Assembly: GCA_964016885.1 (NCBI GenBank)
Contig: OZ024743.1
Location: 351,106,001-351,170,000 of the forward strand
Length of the DNA: 64,000 nucleotides
Direction: 5' to 3'
Source: Eledone cirrhosa
Taxonomy: Eukaryota
The first letter of the stretch is position 1; each line of letters begins with the position of its first letter. The notes under the pieces are model-generated. The model did not search any database, had not been told where the DNA came from, and saw only the letters and a list, made by a program, of their open reading frames with translations. The position numbers and the translations under genes were made by a program. Positions 1 through 13,356 of this stretch are shown one piece after another.

Positions 1-55
1 CGCCAACGACCCGACCATGAGACAGGTTGTACTGGGATACATGTTACCAGTAGCA

Positions 56-140
56 CATACATACATACATACATACATACATACATACATACATACATAC
101 ATACATACATACATACATACATACATACATACATACATAC
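56..140. repeat. (TACA)n microsatellite; representative of dozens of (TA)n, (CA)n, (GA)n, (TACA)n, (GATA)n and trinucleotide tracts
   Basis: Direct reading; such tracts explain the poly-YI/HT/CV/T/V ORFs. Confidence 0.98.
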
Positions 141-254
141 AGACTATTACACAAACAATTATAACTCTAAAAACCTATATATACGAATATACACATACAA
201 ATATACAAACACACATACACACATACACACACACCAACTAAACGATCCAACGAT

Positions 255-560
255 CTGTTAGCAATAGCAACCAAATCTCCCTCAAATTACACCCTGCCAT
301 CTTATTAAAACGCAAAAGAAGCACCCAAGGAACAGTGCCCATGGACTTCTTAGCCACTTCGAGACTGGCAAGGTTGATCCCTCTAAGTTTCTGCTTAAAC
401 CGTTACGAAACGACGAGTGCAAGAAAAACGGGATGAAAGTGGTTGAAATATCTTTGATCATAATTCATGGATAGAAGGAATGCCTTTGATCATAAATCCT
501 GGCTGTAATGTATTTGACCATTGGTTATAGCTTGAATGCCTTTGATTCAAAGGTCACTTC
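255..560 (+). repeat. Unclassified dispersed repeat (related pieces at ~8410-8595, ~8640-8980, ~45005-45215 minus)
   Basis: Recurrent motifs such as aaatctccctcaaattacacc and gatcagagctgacatagggctaaacaacaac. Confidence 0.5.
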
Positions 561-715
561 TATGGAGCTCAAAAACAACTATGAAAAAGCATCTGCTTGT
601 AAACGCACAGAAGCAAGCACATATAGGTACACAGGCGCACATCTTCAAACGCTCGTACACACGCACACACTCACAAACACACATACCGAGAGAGAGAGAG
701 AGAATATATGTGTGC

Positions 716-785
<70 letters not shown>

Positions 786-932
786 ATGTATGTATGTGTG
801 TGTATGTGTGTGTGTGTGAGAGTGTGTACTTGTGTATACATGCATACATACTTACGTACGTAGATACGTACATACATACATACATACATACATACATACA
901 TACATACATACATACATACATACATACATACA

Positions 933-964
<32 letters not shown>

Positions 965-1259
965 CACACATACATACAACAAAAGTACCAGAGATGAGAA
1001 ATTACAGATAGTAAGATTATTGAGATGTTGCGGACATCAAATATAATATAAAAGCCGTCGGCTGCTTTATATCAATGTCAAGTAGACAAAATGTTATACA
1101 TTCTCCTGCACTTCATGATGATGGTGACGGTGGTATGATGATGATGATGATGATGATGATGGTGATGGTGGTGGTGATGGTGGTGGAGGTGGTGGTGGGA
1201 GGTGGGAGGAGGTGGTGGTGGTGGTGGTGGTGGAGGTAATGGGAAAGTATTTCGTGGCG

Positions 1260-1302
<43 letters not shown>

Positions 1303-1478
1303 GGATGATACTGATGATGATGATGATGATGATGATGATAAATGCGTTGTAATGAAACATTAGAACAGCCTTTTTAGAAACGGGCCCTGTTTGTTTACCT
1401 TACTCTGCTATCTTCGTTGTGTGTGTGCCTGTTGTGTATGTGTATGTGTGTGTGTATGTAGGTATATATATGTGTGTG

Positions 1479-1530
<52 letters not shown>

Positions 1531-1655
1531 CGTACACATACACACACACACACATATATATATATTGGTTGATCATTTTTTATATTTTCATGATGATTTT
1601 TACCCGACGGTAAAGTGCTTTACCCTTTATCACTGAAACTACACACAGACACACA

Positions 1656-1751
<96 letters not shown>

Positions 1752-1959
1752 CACACACACACATATTCTTTTACAATTGTATCCAGTAGGTTCTGCTTAT
1801 TTACCTCAAGTAATTGGAAGAGCAAACAAGCATGATGTTATGTTACTTCTAAATAAATAAATACATAAATACATGTGTGTACGTATGTTTGCTTGTGTGA
1901 GTGTGTGTGCGCGCTCATATCTGTTTGAATCTGCCCACTTACTTGCATACAAAAGTGCG

Positions 1960-2500
1960 TGCTATCGTGGATAATGTGTTCGGCTCACGATCAGAAAGTC
2001 ATGAGCACGGTTCTCGGTTGCGCGTTGAACAAGACAATTTATTTCTTGTGGCACAAGTTCGCTCAGCTGGCAAAAATGAGTTTGTATCTATAATGGTTTC
2101 TTATATAGGCACAAGGTCAACAATTTGGGGGGAGGGGAGAGTCGATTAAATCGACCCAGTGCGTGACTGGTACTTTATTTTATCGCCACCGTTATGATGA
2201 AAGGCAAAGTTAACCTCGGCAGGATTTGAACTCAGATCATAAATGGCCGTAACTCTTTTGCTGCAAAGCATGTTGTCCGACGCTCTACCGATACTGCCAA
2301 TCCACCACCTTAGTTTGCAGCCATAATGAAAAGAACCAATCTTGTCAGGTATTGTGTTACGTTGTATCTCTCAGAACTATGTTAAAGATACACGTGCCTG
2401 TGGAATGCTCAGCCACATACACGTTTATTTTACGAGCAGGATATTCCGTTGATCAAACAACTGGAACACTCGTCGTCGGAACCGACGGAGATTCAACACA
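1960..2500 (+). mobile_element. Old tRNA-derived SINE (family S2), interrupted by an S1 SINE
   Basis: Decayed tRNA-like head and CORE-like gttgaacaagacaatttattt; 3' part matches minus copies at 9030-9360, 35715-36060, 61050-61355. Confidence 0.7.
2091..2310 (-). mobile_element. tRNA-derived SINE family S1 (octopod OK/Meta-SINE-like), long variant
   Basis: A box (tggcagtatcgg), B box (gagttcaaatcc), central gcctttcatc...gataaaataaagtacc; diverged flanking duplication agtttgtatctataatg/agtttgcagccataatg. Confidence 0.9.
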
Positions 2501-2908
2501 ATACAGCGACCGACAATGGAGAAAATTTAAAATAATTATGAATAGAGAGAATGATTGACAAGCAGTCAATAATGTTGATGTTTATTTTCTATTTTGTCAT
2601 TAATTTCTTGAAAGAGTTATTCTCCTCCGAATTAAACTACTACATTGGTAACAGATTAATTAAAAGTATAAAATCGGTATCGATAAAACAAAGTATCACT
2701 CCAAGTCGGTGGATAAGTGGAATATTAAAGCATCAGATAAGATGCTTTGCAGTATTTGTTTCGGCTCCTTGCCTTATGTGTTGCAAGCCCTCTGTGACCT
2801 TGATGAGTGGTAGATTTCATTCGTCGGCTGGTCTAACACCGCCATCTGGCCCTTAAGTACATTTATCGGAGTCAACTCAGCAGCAAATATTTGGGTCAGA
2901 TTTTCTGT

Positions 2909-3130
2909 TTAACCCTTTAGCATTTGCATTACTGTATATATACTATTGTATTTTTGTGGTAAAGTATTTATCTTACATAATTATCTCACAAAATATTGAA
3001 TCTATGAGATTTTGGTATTATTTATTTTGAGAACAATACCTTAACATAAATCTGAGCAACTGGTTACAGCTGGTTTGAACAGAAAGAGGTGAGAGAATTC
3101 TGGCCGGATACGGCCGGTTTAAATGTTAAG
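2909..3130. mobile_element. Decayed piggyBac-type MITE
   Basis: Left end TTAA-CCCTTTAGCATTT; right end AAATGTTAAG is a partial inverted match. Confidence 0.5.
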
Positions 3131-4922
3131 AATACTTTCCCCTTTCTTTCCCACTAGTCTTGGAGGCCCTAGAATTGATAGTCAGCATTGCCTTTCCCTC
3201 TTTTACTCAACAATAAAAAAGAAAAGTTTCCGGATACTATGTCAGTAAAACAATTTCGATTTTCTATTTTAACTACTTCTGTTTAATTAGATTATTTTCC
3301 TCTTTAGAACTATACAGGTTACAAATGTGTAACGATTTGTATAATTTATCTGCTGCAGGAAGGTCTCCTATATAGTGGTATGTCACGGCTAGACTGACCT
3401 GAAAAAATGCAGATCAGACCAGAGGAGAGAGAAGCAAGATGCCCTGTTAGCTTAGGCCTACGATTTTTAGGGGACCTACTTATTTCAAATTCTAATTCTT
3501 TTATTCTGATCTGCTGGAGGTCTCCAACTCAAGGACTCAAAAGGGCCATTACATCCAGGGGGAAAAGCACAGTGGGTCAGAAGTGAGATGAGGGTAGGCG
3601 TTATTTCTAATAGTTATAACGCTAATCTGCAATACACCTGATATACTTTTTTTTCTTTTTTCATCAAAATGATTACGCATATGATAGTAAGTAGGATAAG
3701 TGAATTAGCCCCAATATGTAGGCGAACAAATTTTCGGTTTCAAATTTTCTTTTGTGCAGCTGCCTGCCATACATTATTAGTTTTCGGGGCGTACGCCACT
3801 ATATGTGCATGTATATGTAAATCATATAAATTTAACACTGGTTATTAAAATACTTTATCAGCAGTTCTGGGATTATTAACAACTTTTAGGGTCTACATTT
3901 TATACCTGACCTTGGCTTATTACCAACTTTACATATGATAGTGTCCTGTGTAGAAAACGTTCTCACTCTAAAACCGTTTCATCTATAACATAGCCTTACT
4001 TCTAGAAGTTTTATTTGTTTATAAGTGTTTGCTGCAGATAAGAGACTTACGTAGATAAAGATCAATAAATATCGCACGTCATTCAAAGGTGTTATCAACA
4101 CATGATTAAAGAGATATCTTGAGTAATTACAAAGCATGCCAACAAAGCATATAGAGATATCATGTGGAAATATCACACTTGCAGTATTGCATTATATAAT
4201 TTCCATTTCAAACGGTCGGGCTTTTTGTAATATTAGAATCGTAATATCTGTTTGAGTTGATTTGAGCATACTTGTATATACATGCGTAGTTATACATACG
4301 TCCAATTGTGTGTATACGAGTACATAATCTATTTGCGGGCACGCTTCTATATATGTTTGCATGTACATCAATTTCTATGCATATTTATGCAAACATTGCT
4401 ATATTTGTGTATACGTCTACTTGAGTATATTTGCGTAAGATAATAGATATGTATATTTATTTTTGATTGGGTACAATGCTTCCGTTTAATGCACATGTAT
4501 ATATTTATTTGTTTGTGTACACATTGCAATATCGCCCAAGGCTTGAGTAAATATTTACTCCTCAGATATCTCTATTTGCCCAGTTGTCCCTAGGGTAACG
4601 TTATTCCACCAATCAAAGCTTGGCTTGCTAACAAGAATCTCGTGGAACTACAACGGATTCAATTAAAACATCTTCCGAACATCAGCATATTCTTTCATTC
4701 TGTCAATATCTCAGCTATTTTTCTTTTCCGATTCTTCTCCTTCCCACTTTGCACCTCTACTTCTTCTATTCCTTCCTACACCTAACATCTATTACTCCTT
4801 TTCCGCTTCCTCTTAACACATCTCTCTCTCTCTCTAATACACACACACACATATATATATATACAGACATATACACACATGCACACATACACATACACAT
4901 ATATACACAAATACACACACAT

Positions 4923-4953
<31 letters not shown>

Positions 4954-4954
4954 G

Positions 4955-5170
4955 TGAAGGCGTGTGGCTGAGTGGTTAGAGAATTGGATTCGCAATCGTA
5001 AGGTTGTGAGTTCGATTCCTGGACCAGGCGATGCGTTATGTCCTTGAGTAAGACACTTTATTTCACGTTGCTCCTTCTACCTGGAGTTGCAGCCGATAGA
5101 TAGTATTAGCAATTGGAAAGACCAACGGAAACATTGTTCCCTCGGTCCGATTTGACGAAAGTCGATCGTT

Positions 5171-5172
<2 letters not shown>
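4955..5172 (+). mobile_element. tRNA/CORE-like SINE with an unusual structured 3' tail, flanked by (TA)n
   Basis: A box tggctgagtgg, B box gagttcgattcc, CORE-like tgtccttgagtaagacact; the same body-tail junction occurs at 38625-38757. Confidence 0.8.
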
Positions 5173-5233
<61 letters not shown>

Positions 5234-5343
5234 ATATATATATATACAATTGTATGTATATATATATATATACAATTGATGTATGAGTGTATATATATAT
5301 ATATATACAACTGTATGTATATATATATACAATTGATGTATGA

Positions 5344-5377
<34 letters not shown>

Positions 5378-5410
5378 TTTCAGACGTTCAACAATCTTGC
5401 AGGAAGGTAT

Positions 5411-5453
5411 ACGTTGCTGACGATAGCTAATAAGCTTGAAACTAGTACAGCGT
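5411..5453 (+). ncRNA. Minimal type I hammerhead ribozyme (PLE family J, element ~5377-5565)
   Basis: ACGTTG-CTGACGA-T-AGCT(AATA)AGCT-T-GAA-ACTAGT-A-CAGCGT: 6-bp stem I, canonical core, palindromic stem III, GUA site after 5447. Confidence 0.85.
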
Positions 5454-5599
5454 TCCTTTGTCAATGTTGAACAAATGAGCAACGATGGTTGCTAGACACT
5501 ACGGTTTAATACGGGATGTTTGTTTACAAACACACCGAGCATTATAATAAATGTTCGGTGTGCATGTGTATATATATATATATATATATAGATGTTTGC

Positions 5600-5667
<68 letters not shown>

Positions 5668-5927
5668 GGTACTGTACGTCTGTATACATATATGTATACA
5701 TATATGTATATATATATGCAAAGTTAACCTCGGTGGGATTTGAACTCAGATCATAAACGGGCGTAACCCATTGATGTGTGTGTGTGTCTTGGTGATGATC
5801 TGGTTCATTTGAGAAACATTGTGAAAATTTGACGTCTGAAATATAGTCGACATTTCTCAACTATCATTTATAGTGACTGACTATAATTTTCGTTGCATTT
5901 CAATTTTTCTCATATATATATATATAT

Positions 5928-6600
5928 ATTGTTATACTTGGGGAGGGTCATATTTGTGTAATATTGCCAGAATTAATAACAGAACACACTCACTGTTTGG
6001 TTGGTTTTCGCTTCTGTGTCTTTTATATCGGTAATCTAATTTATTCGGTCCTCAATGTTACCATTGACTGACCAACGGTCAAAAATACAGATACAATATA
6101 GACACAAACACATATATATAGTTTATCAAAGTTCTTTCGTTGCACATCTGCAACATCGTCAGTGGTGCTATTGTTTCCTCCCGTTGCATTGTATTTTCTA
6201 CGCCATCTTTATTTAGTCTGTTTATATATATATATATTTGTCTTCTTTGCGCATGCGTTTGCGTGTGTGTACAGTGTTTTGTTTGATGTGTGTTCGTGAT
6301 TGGGTGACTGTGTATTGGTTAATGTATTCTATCTTTACTAGTGTGTGTTTATATGTGTTTGTTGTTATTGTGATTGTGTATGTATTTATTTATTTATCTA
6401 TTTATTTATTTATACTTCTCTTAGGTCAGTGTTGTTTGTTTGGGTGTTGTTGTTATTCCATTCATTTTTTCTGTTTAGCCTTGGCCTTCTAAGTTCTATT
6501 TCACTGGCCTCTCTGATTTGCCTATCTGCTGGGTCATTTCTATGTTTAGATATTATTCTAATTTCTATGTTGTCTATGTTACCGTTGTGTTGTTGTCTGT
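5928..6600 (-). mobile_element. 3' remnant of a Penelope-like element (family C): endonuclease C-terminus, 3' UTR and pLTR
   Basis: Translation IISKHRNDPADRQIREASEIELRRPRLNRKNEW resembles PLE GIY-YIG ends; HHR at 6125-6166; (TA)n at both ends; second copy at 27167-27462. Confidence 0.75.
6125..6166 (-). ncRNA. Minimal type I hammerhead (family C)
   Basis: ACCA-CTGACGA-T-GTTGCA(GATG)TGCAAC-GAA-AGAACT-T-TGAT; stem I has one mismatch; predicted cut between 6129 and 6128. Confidence 0.7.
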
Positions 6601-6611
6601 ATATATATATA

Positions 6612-7569
6612 TGAGATAACAAGCTATCGTTATAGGTAATCCGGTTAGAGTACGTCGTGGATAGTTTTAACGTACGGCTTTGTTTGACTCAACAAGATGT
6701 TTCCATAGTTATGCAGCGAGTTCGCGGTAATTCCTATGCAGGTTATACTTGGAGTAATAAAAGGTAAAGGAAGAAGAGTAACATGGTTGGCTGTACAATA
6801 AGGGCTTTATTTAAAGTACTGACAGTTGTTTAGTTGATCAGGTGTGTCTAGAGTTTGCTAATCGCTTGAGGTTGCGTCAATCGACTCCAATACATTGTTT
6901 ACCACTTGTCAACACAACAGAGCACATAGATATGAAAATAATTCACTCGAGGCGAGATTTATATATCAAATGACCTGTCAACCCATAAATAGTATACATC
7001 AATTAATCTCTATGTTATTGTTTTCTATTTTATCGGACCCTCCACACTAATTTATCTGCTTCTAAAATCTGGCCTCTCATGATAGCACCAAGGAACACTT
7101 TATTAGGAACTACTAAAATCTAACTCTAAGTACAATATACCACTCTTTCATTTATTTTATCTCTTTGTATTTTCCATTTCCTCATTTTCTTCTTCTTATT
7201 ATTATTTTTTAACGTTCCCTACATTGTATCTTACCTGTCACTTTTTACATCTGTAACTTCTCTATCTATTTACCTTACATGTTTTATTATTGATGTTATT
7301 GTTTTAATTATACGCTGCTCTATTATTGATGTTATTGTTTTGTTTTACGCTACTCCTCTATATAAGTCTTGCCTCGAGTGAATTATTTTCATATCTATGT
7401 GCTCTGATGTGTTGATGTGTTGACAAGTGGTAAACAATGTATTGGAGATCGATTGACGCAACCTCAAGCGATTAGCGAACTCTAGACACACCTGATCAAC
7501 GAAACAATTGTCAGTACTTTAAATAAAGCCCTTATTGTACAGCCAACCATGTTACTCTTCTTCCTCTAA

Positions 7570-7570
<1 letters not shown>
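6612..7570 (+). mobile_element. PLE remnant (family D) with inverted pLTRs ~6770-6963 and ~7359-7562
   Basis: About 200-bp inverted repeat, (TA)n flanks, HHR-like fold at 7399-7517. Confidence 0.75.
7399..7517 (+). ncRNA. Hammerhead-like fold with a long stem II insertion (family D)
   Basis: GTGCT-CTGATGT-GTTGAT...ATCAAC-GAA-ACAATTGT-C-AGTAC; position 9 is U in this copy. Confidence 0.65.
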
Positions 7571-7653
<83 letters not shown>

Positions 7654-7659
7654 ATATAT

Positions 7660-7829
7660 AGAAGTGGTTACACAACAGTTAGTTCACCATACCGAGAACA
7701 ATTGTTTTACCTTAGCGGATCCTCAGCTCGTAATGGTCATGGTTATACGGAACAGGAAGGACAACTCGTCCCATGGACTGAGTGCTCTACCACTACGGAT
7801 ATTACCGTCCAGTGCTCTACCACTATGCA

Positions 7830-7830
<1 letters not shown>
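7660..7830 (-). mobile_element. PLE pLTR remnant (family E) in (TA)n, HHR-like fold at 7692-7730
   Basis: Near-identical to pieces of 18505-18968. Confidence 0.7.
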
Positions 7831-7867
<37 letters not shown>

Positions 7868-7872
7868 ATACA

Positions 7873-7956
<84 letters not shown>

Positions 7957-8010
7957 GATAGATATCAGTAAAAGAATATGAGAATAAACACTACACATAC
8001 GAATTTTCAT

Positions 8011-8230
8011 TGTGGATTGGTAGAATTGGTAGAGCGTCGGACAAGCTTGGTTGTATAGAGTTACGGCCCTTTACATTCTGAGTTCAAATCTCCCCGAGGC
8101 TATAGCTTTGCCTCTCATCCTTACGGGGTCGATAAAATAAAGTACCAGTAATGCACTGGGTCGATTTAATCGACTTTCCCATACCGCCAAATTTGTTGGC
8201 CTGGTGCCTAAAGCAGAAACGATTATTATT
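8011..8230 (+). mobile_element. SINE S1 (long variant)
   Basis: Matches the S1 consensus. Confidence 0.85.
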
Positions 8231-9029
8231 CAAATATACAGAGGTGTATTGACTTTTACGTACATATACAATCTTATATATACGGGAGCTTCTTGTGGAA
8301 CAGAATATAAATACGATATTTGAAGTTATAATTGAAGGTGGGTTTGTCTGTTGGAATATATACCCCATTCTAAAACATCGCAAAAGAACCTCTATATAGT
8401 CATTCGAATTGCTAGAATTAACAATCAAATTCCCCTCAAACTACACTCTACTATATTAAAAGCAGAATGAGCCATTGAGCTGACTGTAATTTTTGATAAA
8501 CCTGTCTTAAAAACATATGAAGAGCTGCTCATCGCTAGAACGTTTTGGCCATAGGTCTCTTCGATCAGAGCTGACATAGGGCTAAACAACAACACCAAAT
8601 TTATTATCTCTACTGTTAGTATCATCATTCCTCCAAATTTGAAATAGCGCCAAAATCTCCCTCAAATTACACCTAAATTGTGTATTTCAGTATTACATAT
8701 CTGAACAAAAACAATATGACATTGCCATAATTGGAATACCTTTTATATTAGATCTACACAAAGCTGATCAGTCTTTCTCTCTTAGAGACTCCATAGTTGA
8801 TGTCAAAAAGATTGATGAGTTTACGAAGTGCTACTAAATCTATCACAAATTATTCTCAGTAAGCTTAGATATAGAAACAGTACATTGGAAAATGTTATAT
8901 ACACACGATCTAGACATGCTTGGTGTTATTATGATCAAATGTCTGCTCGATCAGAGTTGATCTAGGGTCCAATAACAACAATAATGCTATAGTCATATAA
9001 TTATTTAATTAAGCAGGATAAATCATGGA

Positions 9030-9360
9030 TCCTCCATCGGTTTCGACGATAAGTATTCAGTCGTTCAGTCTACTGAACGTTCGATTCGTGAATTAACATG
9101 CAAATTTTTAAGTTTTCCCAGACACGTGTATCCTTAACATAATTTCTATGTTGAATCAGCGTGACACCATATCTGACAAGGCTGGACTTTACTACTACAT
9201 GTTCAATCCATCCGACAGATTTCCAGATAGCTTCCGTCTACTCAATATCACTCATAAGGCTTGAATCAACCTTAGGCTATGACTTTCGTGACAACCATGG
9301 CACTTGTCCAAGATCATTATTGCGAAGCGAAATTTTCAATCGCTCAACCATGCCTGCGTC
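9030..9360 (-). mobile_element. SINE S2, decayed
   Basis: Similar to 1960-2500 and 35715-36060. Confidence 0.6.
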
Positions 9361-9893
9361 CTGAACCTCAACTTGACTCGCCATCTACTGATATTGTAGG
9401 AAAGGAGAATATGTTATCTGATCACCTAATATTGCTGTACACATCACTATATCACAAATGCAGGATTTAAATGGAATTAATGGAGCCTAACACTGCCAGG
9501 ATTTCGGGGAAAGCCCTTGTCCATATTTTAATAGACGGTAATGTACATATACACGTAGATCAGTGACATTCACATATTCATACATACCCTTCTATAAAGT
9601 ATAACCAGCAGCCTAGCCTAGTAAGCTCTTCCGCATAGTGTCAACTTGGAGAGAAATAGCAAGACTGTCTATCGATTGATAGGAAAGTAACCGCTTGATG
9701 ACTGCATTGCTGTCGTTAGTCTATCACAAACTACCTATTTCCCTCTATCTCTCACTCTATTTTTCTCTGTCTCTCTCCTTATCTCTCCTCCCTCTTTCTT
9801 TCTACTTAAACATATAAACATATGTATATATGTAATCATTCTTTTCAAGCAACCATACATACATTTCTCCAACTCCATCTCTCACTCTCGCCT

Positions 9894-9969
<76 letters not shown>

Positions 9970-10017
9970 ACACATCCACACACCCACATACACACACACA
10001 CACTATATATATATATA

Positions 10018-10146
10018 TAGCTGTCGAACCGGCCGGAGCTCAGCCATCGGGGTCCTGACTCTTTTCCCATTTCACACTCTACTACCCATAGTATCGAGTA
10101 CTCTGGTGTGTTATGGTCCACTTGGTTCCTTACCACACTTCCTTCG

Positions 10147-10147
<1 letters not shown>
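10018..10147 (+). mobile_element. PLE family A 3' end fragment in (TA)n
   Basis: Matches 33336-33463. Confidence 0.85.
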
Positions 10148-10216
<69 letters not shown>

Positions 10217-10218
10217 TG

Positions 10219-10254
<36 letters not shown>

Positions 10255-10714
10255 CATACATAGTTATGTAATAAACATACATACAGATATACAGGCATAC
10301 ATACTCTCTGTGTGTGTGTGTGTTTGTGTAAATATTATACACCTATTTAACTATTATCTCAGTATATATTCATTTACATCTCTCACCATCTCTCTTTCTT
10401 TCTATCTCTCTATCGAACTGTGTGTGAGAGTGAGCGCACGTGTGTGTGTGAGTATTTGTGTGTGCATACAACATGCCCTGGGTATTTCCCCTCAGTCATT
10501 CTGCTATGTATACACACATATACACGAAGAGGACGAGAGAGTCAGATAGTAAGATCATCCTTTCTATCTACTCGCCTATCTACCAAAGAAATTATTTGTC
10601 TATGTCTTTAAACCTCTGTTACAACGTGTATCTCTCTCTCGCTTGCTCTCGCTCTCTCTCTCTCTCCCTCACTCTCGCTCTCCCTCTCTCTCCCTTTCTC
10701 TTTCTACCCCTCTT

Positions 10715-10748
<34 letters not shown>

Positions 10749-10749
10749 A

Positions 10750-10979
<230 letters not shown>

Positions 10980-11423
10980 ATATGTATGTATATATGTATG
11001 TATATATATATATACAGGGAGAGATGACCCCTTAGCCTTTGTCTAGGCAGAATTCTAGGAGAAGGAAAACTCTGATATAACACCTGCAACCCTGATGGTA
11101 TCCAATGATGTTGACTTGTTCTTCTTTTTGGTAAATATCATCTTGGTTAAGAGAGTGGGACTGGCTTTGTGCAGTGCCTTTGCTCACTATAAAAGCTTCA
11201 CGGCACAGGTATTGCTTTATATCTGGAGATCTCTCTGCAATTGTCATCACATGGTACCATGGGCCCAGCACTATGTGTCAATAATTGTCACAAGTGTAGT
11301 GTTTGTACCAGAGTTTTCAAGTCGCTGGCTGGACTAAAAAGTCACACTCGTTCAGCCCATTGGTAGGGGTTCTCCTACATGGATATAAAGTAGTGGCCGT
11401 ACTCGAAAACGAGTTGGCAGCCA

Positions 11424-11457
<34 letters not shown>

Positions 11458-11459
<2 letters not shown>

Positions 11460-11679
11460 CGAAGGAAATGTGGTAAGGAACCAGGTGGACCATAACGCAC
11501 CAAAGTACTCAATACTTGTGGTAGTAGAGTGGGTAATAGGAACCAGTAAGACCCCGACAGCTGAGCTCAAGCCGTTTCGACGGCTAATTCTGGACTAAAT
11601 GAAAATTATATAAATTTTCATTTAGTCCAGAATTAGCCGTCGAAACGGCTTGAGCTCAGCTGTCGGGGTCTTACTGGTT

Positions 11680-11683
<4 letters not shown>
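11458..11683 (-). mobile_element. PLE family A fold-back mini-element
   Basis: Hairpin ~11537-11683 plus ~80-nt tail, (TA)n on both sides. Confidence 0.9.
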
Positions 11684-11718
<35 letters not shown>

Positions 11719-12560
11719 AGAAGTTGACAGACCCAGCATAGCTATCAATCCTAGGGCCGGTTGTATCTCAGCGTACTCAATAGGTAATGTTAAATACATT
11801 CCTAGAGTATACACATAGTTATTCGCTTCAATACAACACACGTAAACGGGTACCTATAATAGTTCCCGAACTATATATATAGTGTGCCTTTCCTTCACAC
11901 TTTCTATTTTTTTCTTAAACTTTGCGTTCATCTTCACTCATTCAAATTATTGCCACTTTGTCTCAATTTCCTTTAAATGTCTACCCTCATCCCCTCTCTG
12001 TGTATACATTTTGTACGTTGCAATCACATTTTCTCATTCACTCACTTTCTTAATTTTGTCTTTGTGACATTCTCATCATATTCCTTCCCCTCACACTACT
12101 ACTGACTCTGCAACAATGTTTTCTACCTGTTAATGCTTCTTTCTCACCACTTCCTCATACTTTTATTCTGTCCTTCTCACTCACTAACAACGCTCCTCAA
12201 CCCCTCATGCTGCTCTTGAATAGCTTTACCTATCAAACATCATTGATGCAACCAGTTCTAACCGGTTAGACTGTCGTCTGCTACTTCCATATACAGACGA
12301 CATTGCTGTCTTTTCAATATCGGCTGCATTGGTAAATTGCTGCCTATATACAGTTGTTGATTAGTACTAGTATATATAAACATGGAATTAGATAGGCAGA
12401 CAAAATGTTAGGTAGGTAAATAGCCAGAATGTTAGCTAGATAGATAGACAAAGTTAGGTAGGTAGATAGACAGATTTACTGAGGTAGGTATGTAAATAAA
12501 GATTTAGATAGGTATAATGTCAGAAAGTTAGATAGAGAGATAGATATATAGATGGATAAG

Positions 12561-12625
<65 letters not shown>

Positions 12626-13265
12626 TACATTTATTCTATTATTTCAATACACACTGTTCTTTTATCTTCGATTTATACATAATTTCGGTAAACACTTAGG
12701 AATATCTGTCTGTAAATGCAACAGATATGCGTAAGCAGACCAAACCTTATTGCTTAGTAGTCATGCTAGTGAATTGCAGTATCACATAGTAGGAAACTAT
12801 GTAATACATCCGAAATTCTATATTGATAAACATAATAGCCCTTGTGTCGGTAACTGTACATGACCACATAAAAAGACCAGATGGGTATGGTAAGCCCATT
12901 CAAAGCTGTTAATATGCCCAGGCCAGATGAGCAAAATATAGGCCTATTTCAAATTGCTCACTAAATAGATATGATATATGTATGATTCATTGGGAATACA
13001 TGTAGATATAGTTTAGATGATGTACTTCCAAGTAACAGAAGAGATGAATGAGAGTTTGAAGATACCAGTTTCCCACATCAAAATCATAGACACATAACAA
13101 TTAATCTACCTGACACACTCGGCTCTGTCACTCCCTGTTCATGGGTCTACTCAATGTGGTTATATCTGGAGGAAAACAACAACAATAACAGATGCATAGA
13201 TAAGGCGTATCTAATTAATCGCCTACACATCTTCCCCACAAAATCTGGTCACGTCTGGTTATATT

Positions 13266-13356
<91 letters not shown>

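Noticed and set aside
11030-11425. Non-repetitive-looking block between TA tracts
   Set aside because: Resembles an RTE-type 5' UTR (gaaggaaaactctgat...aacacct), but I cannot support a firm call.
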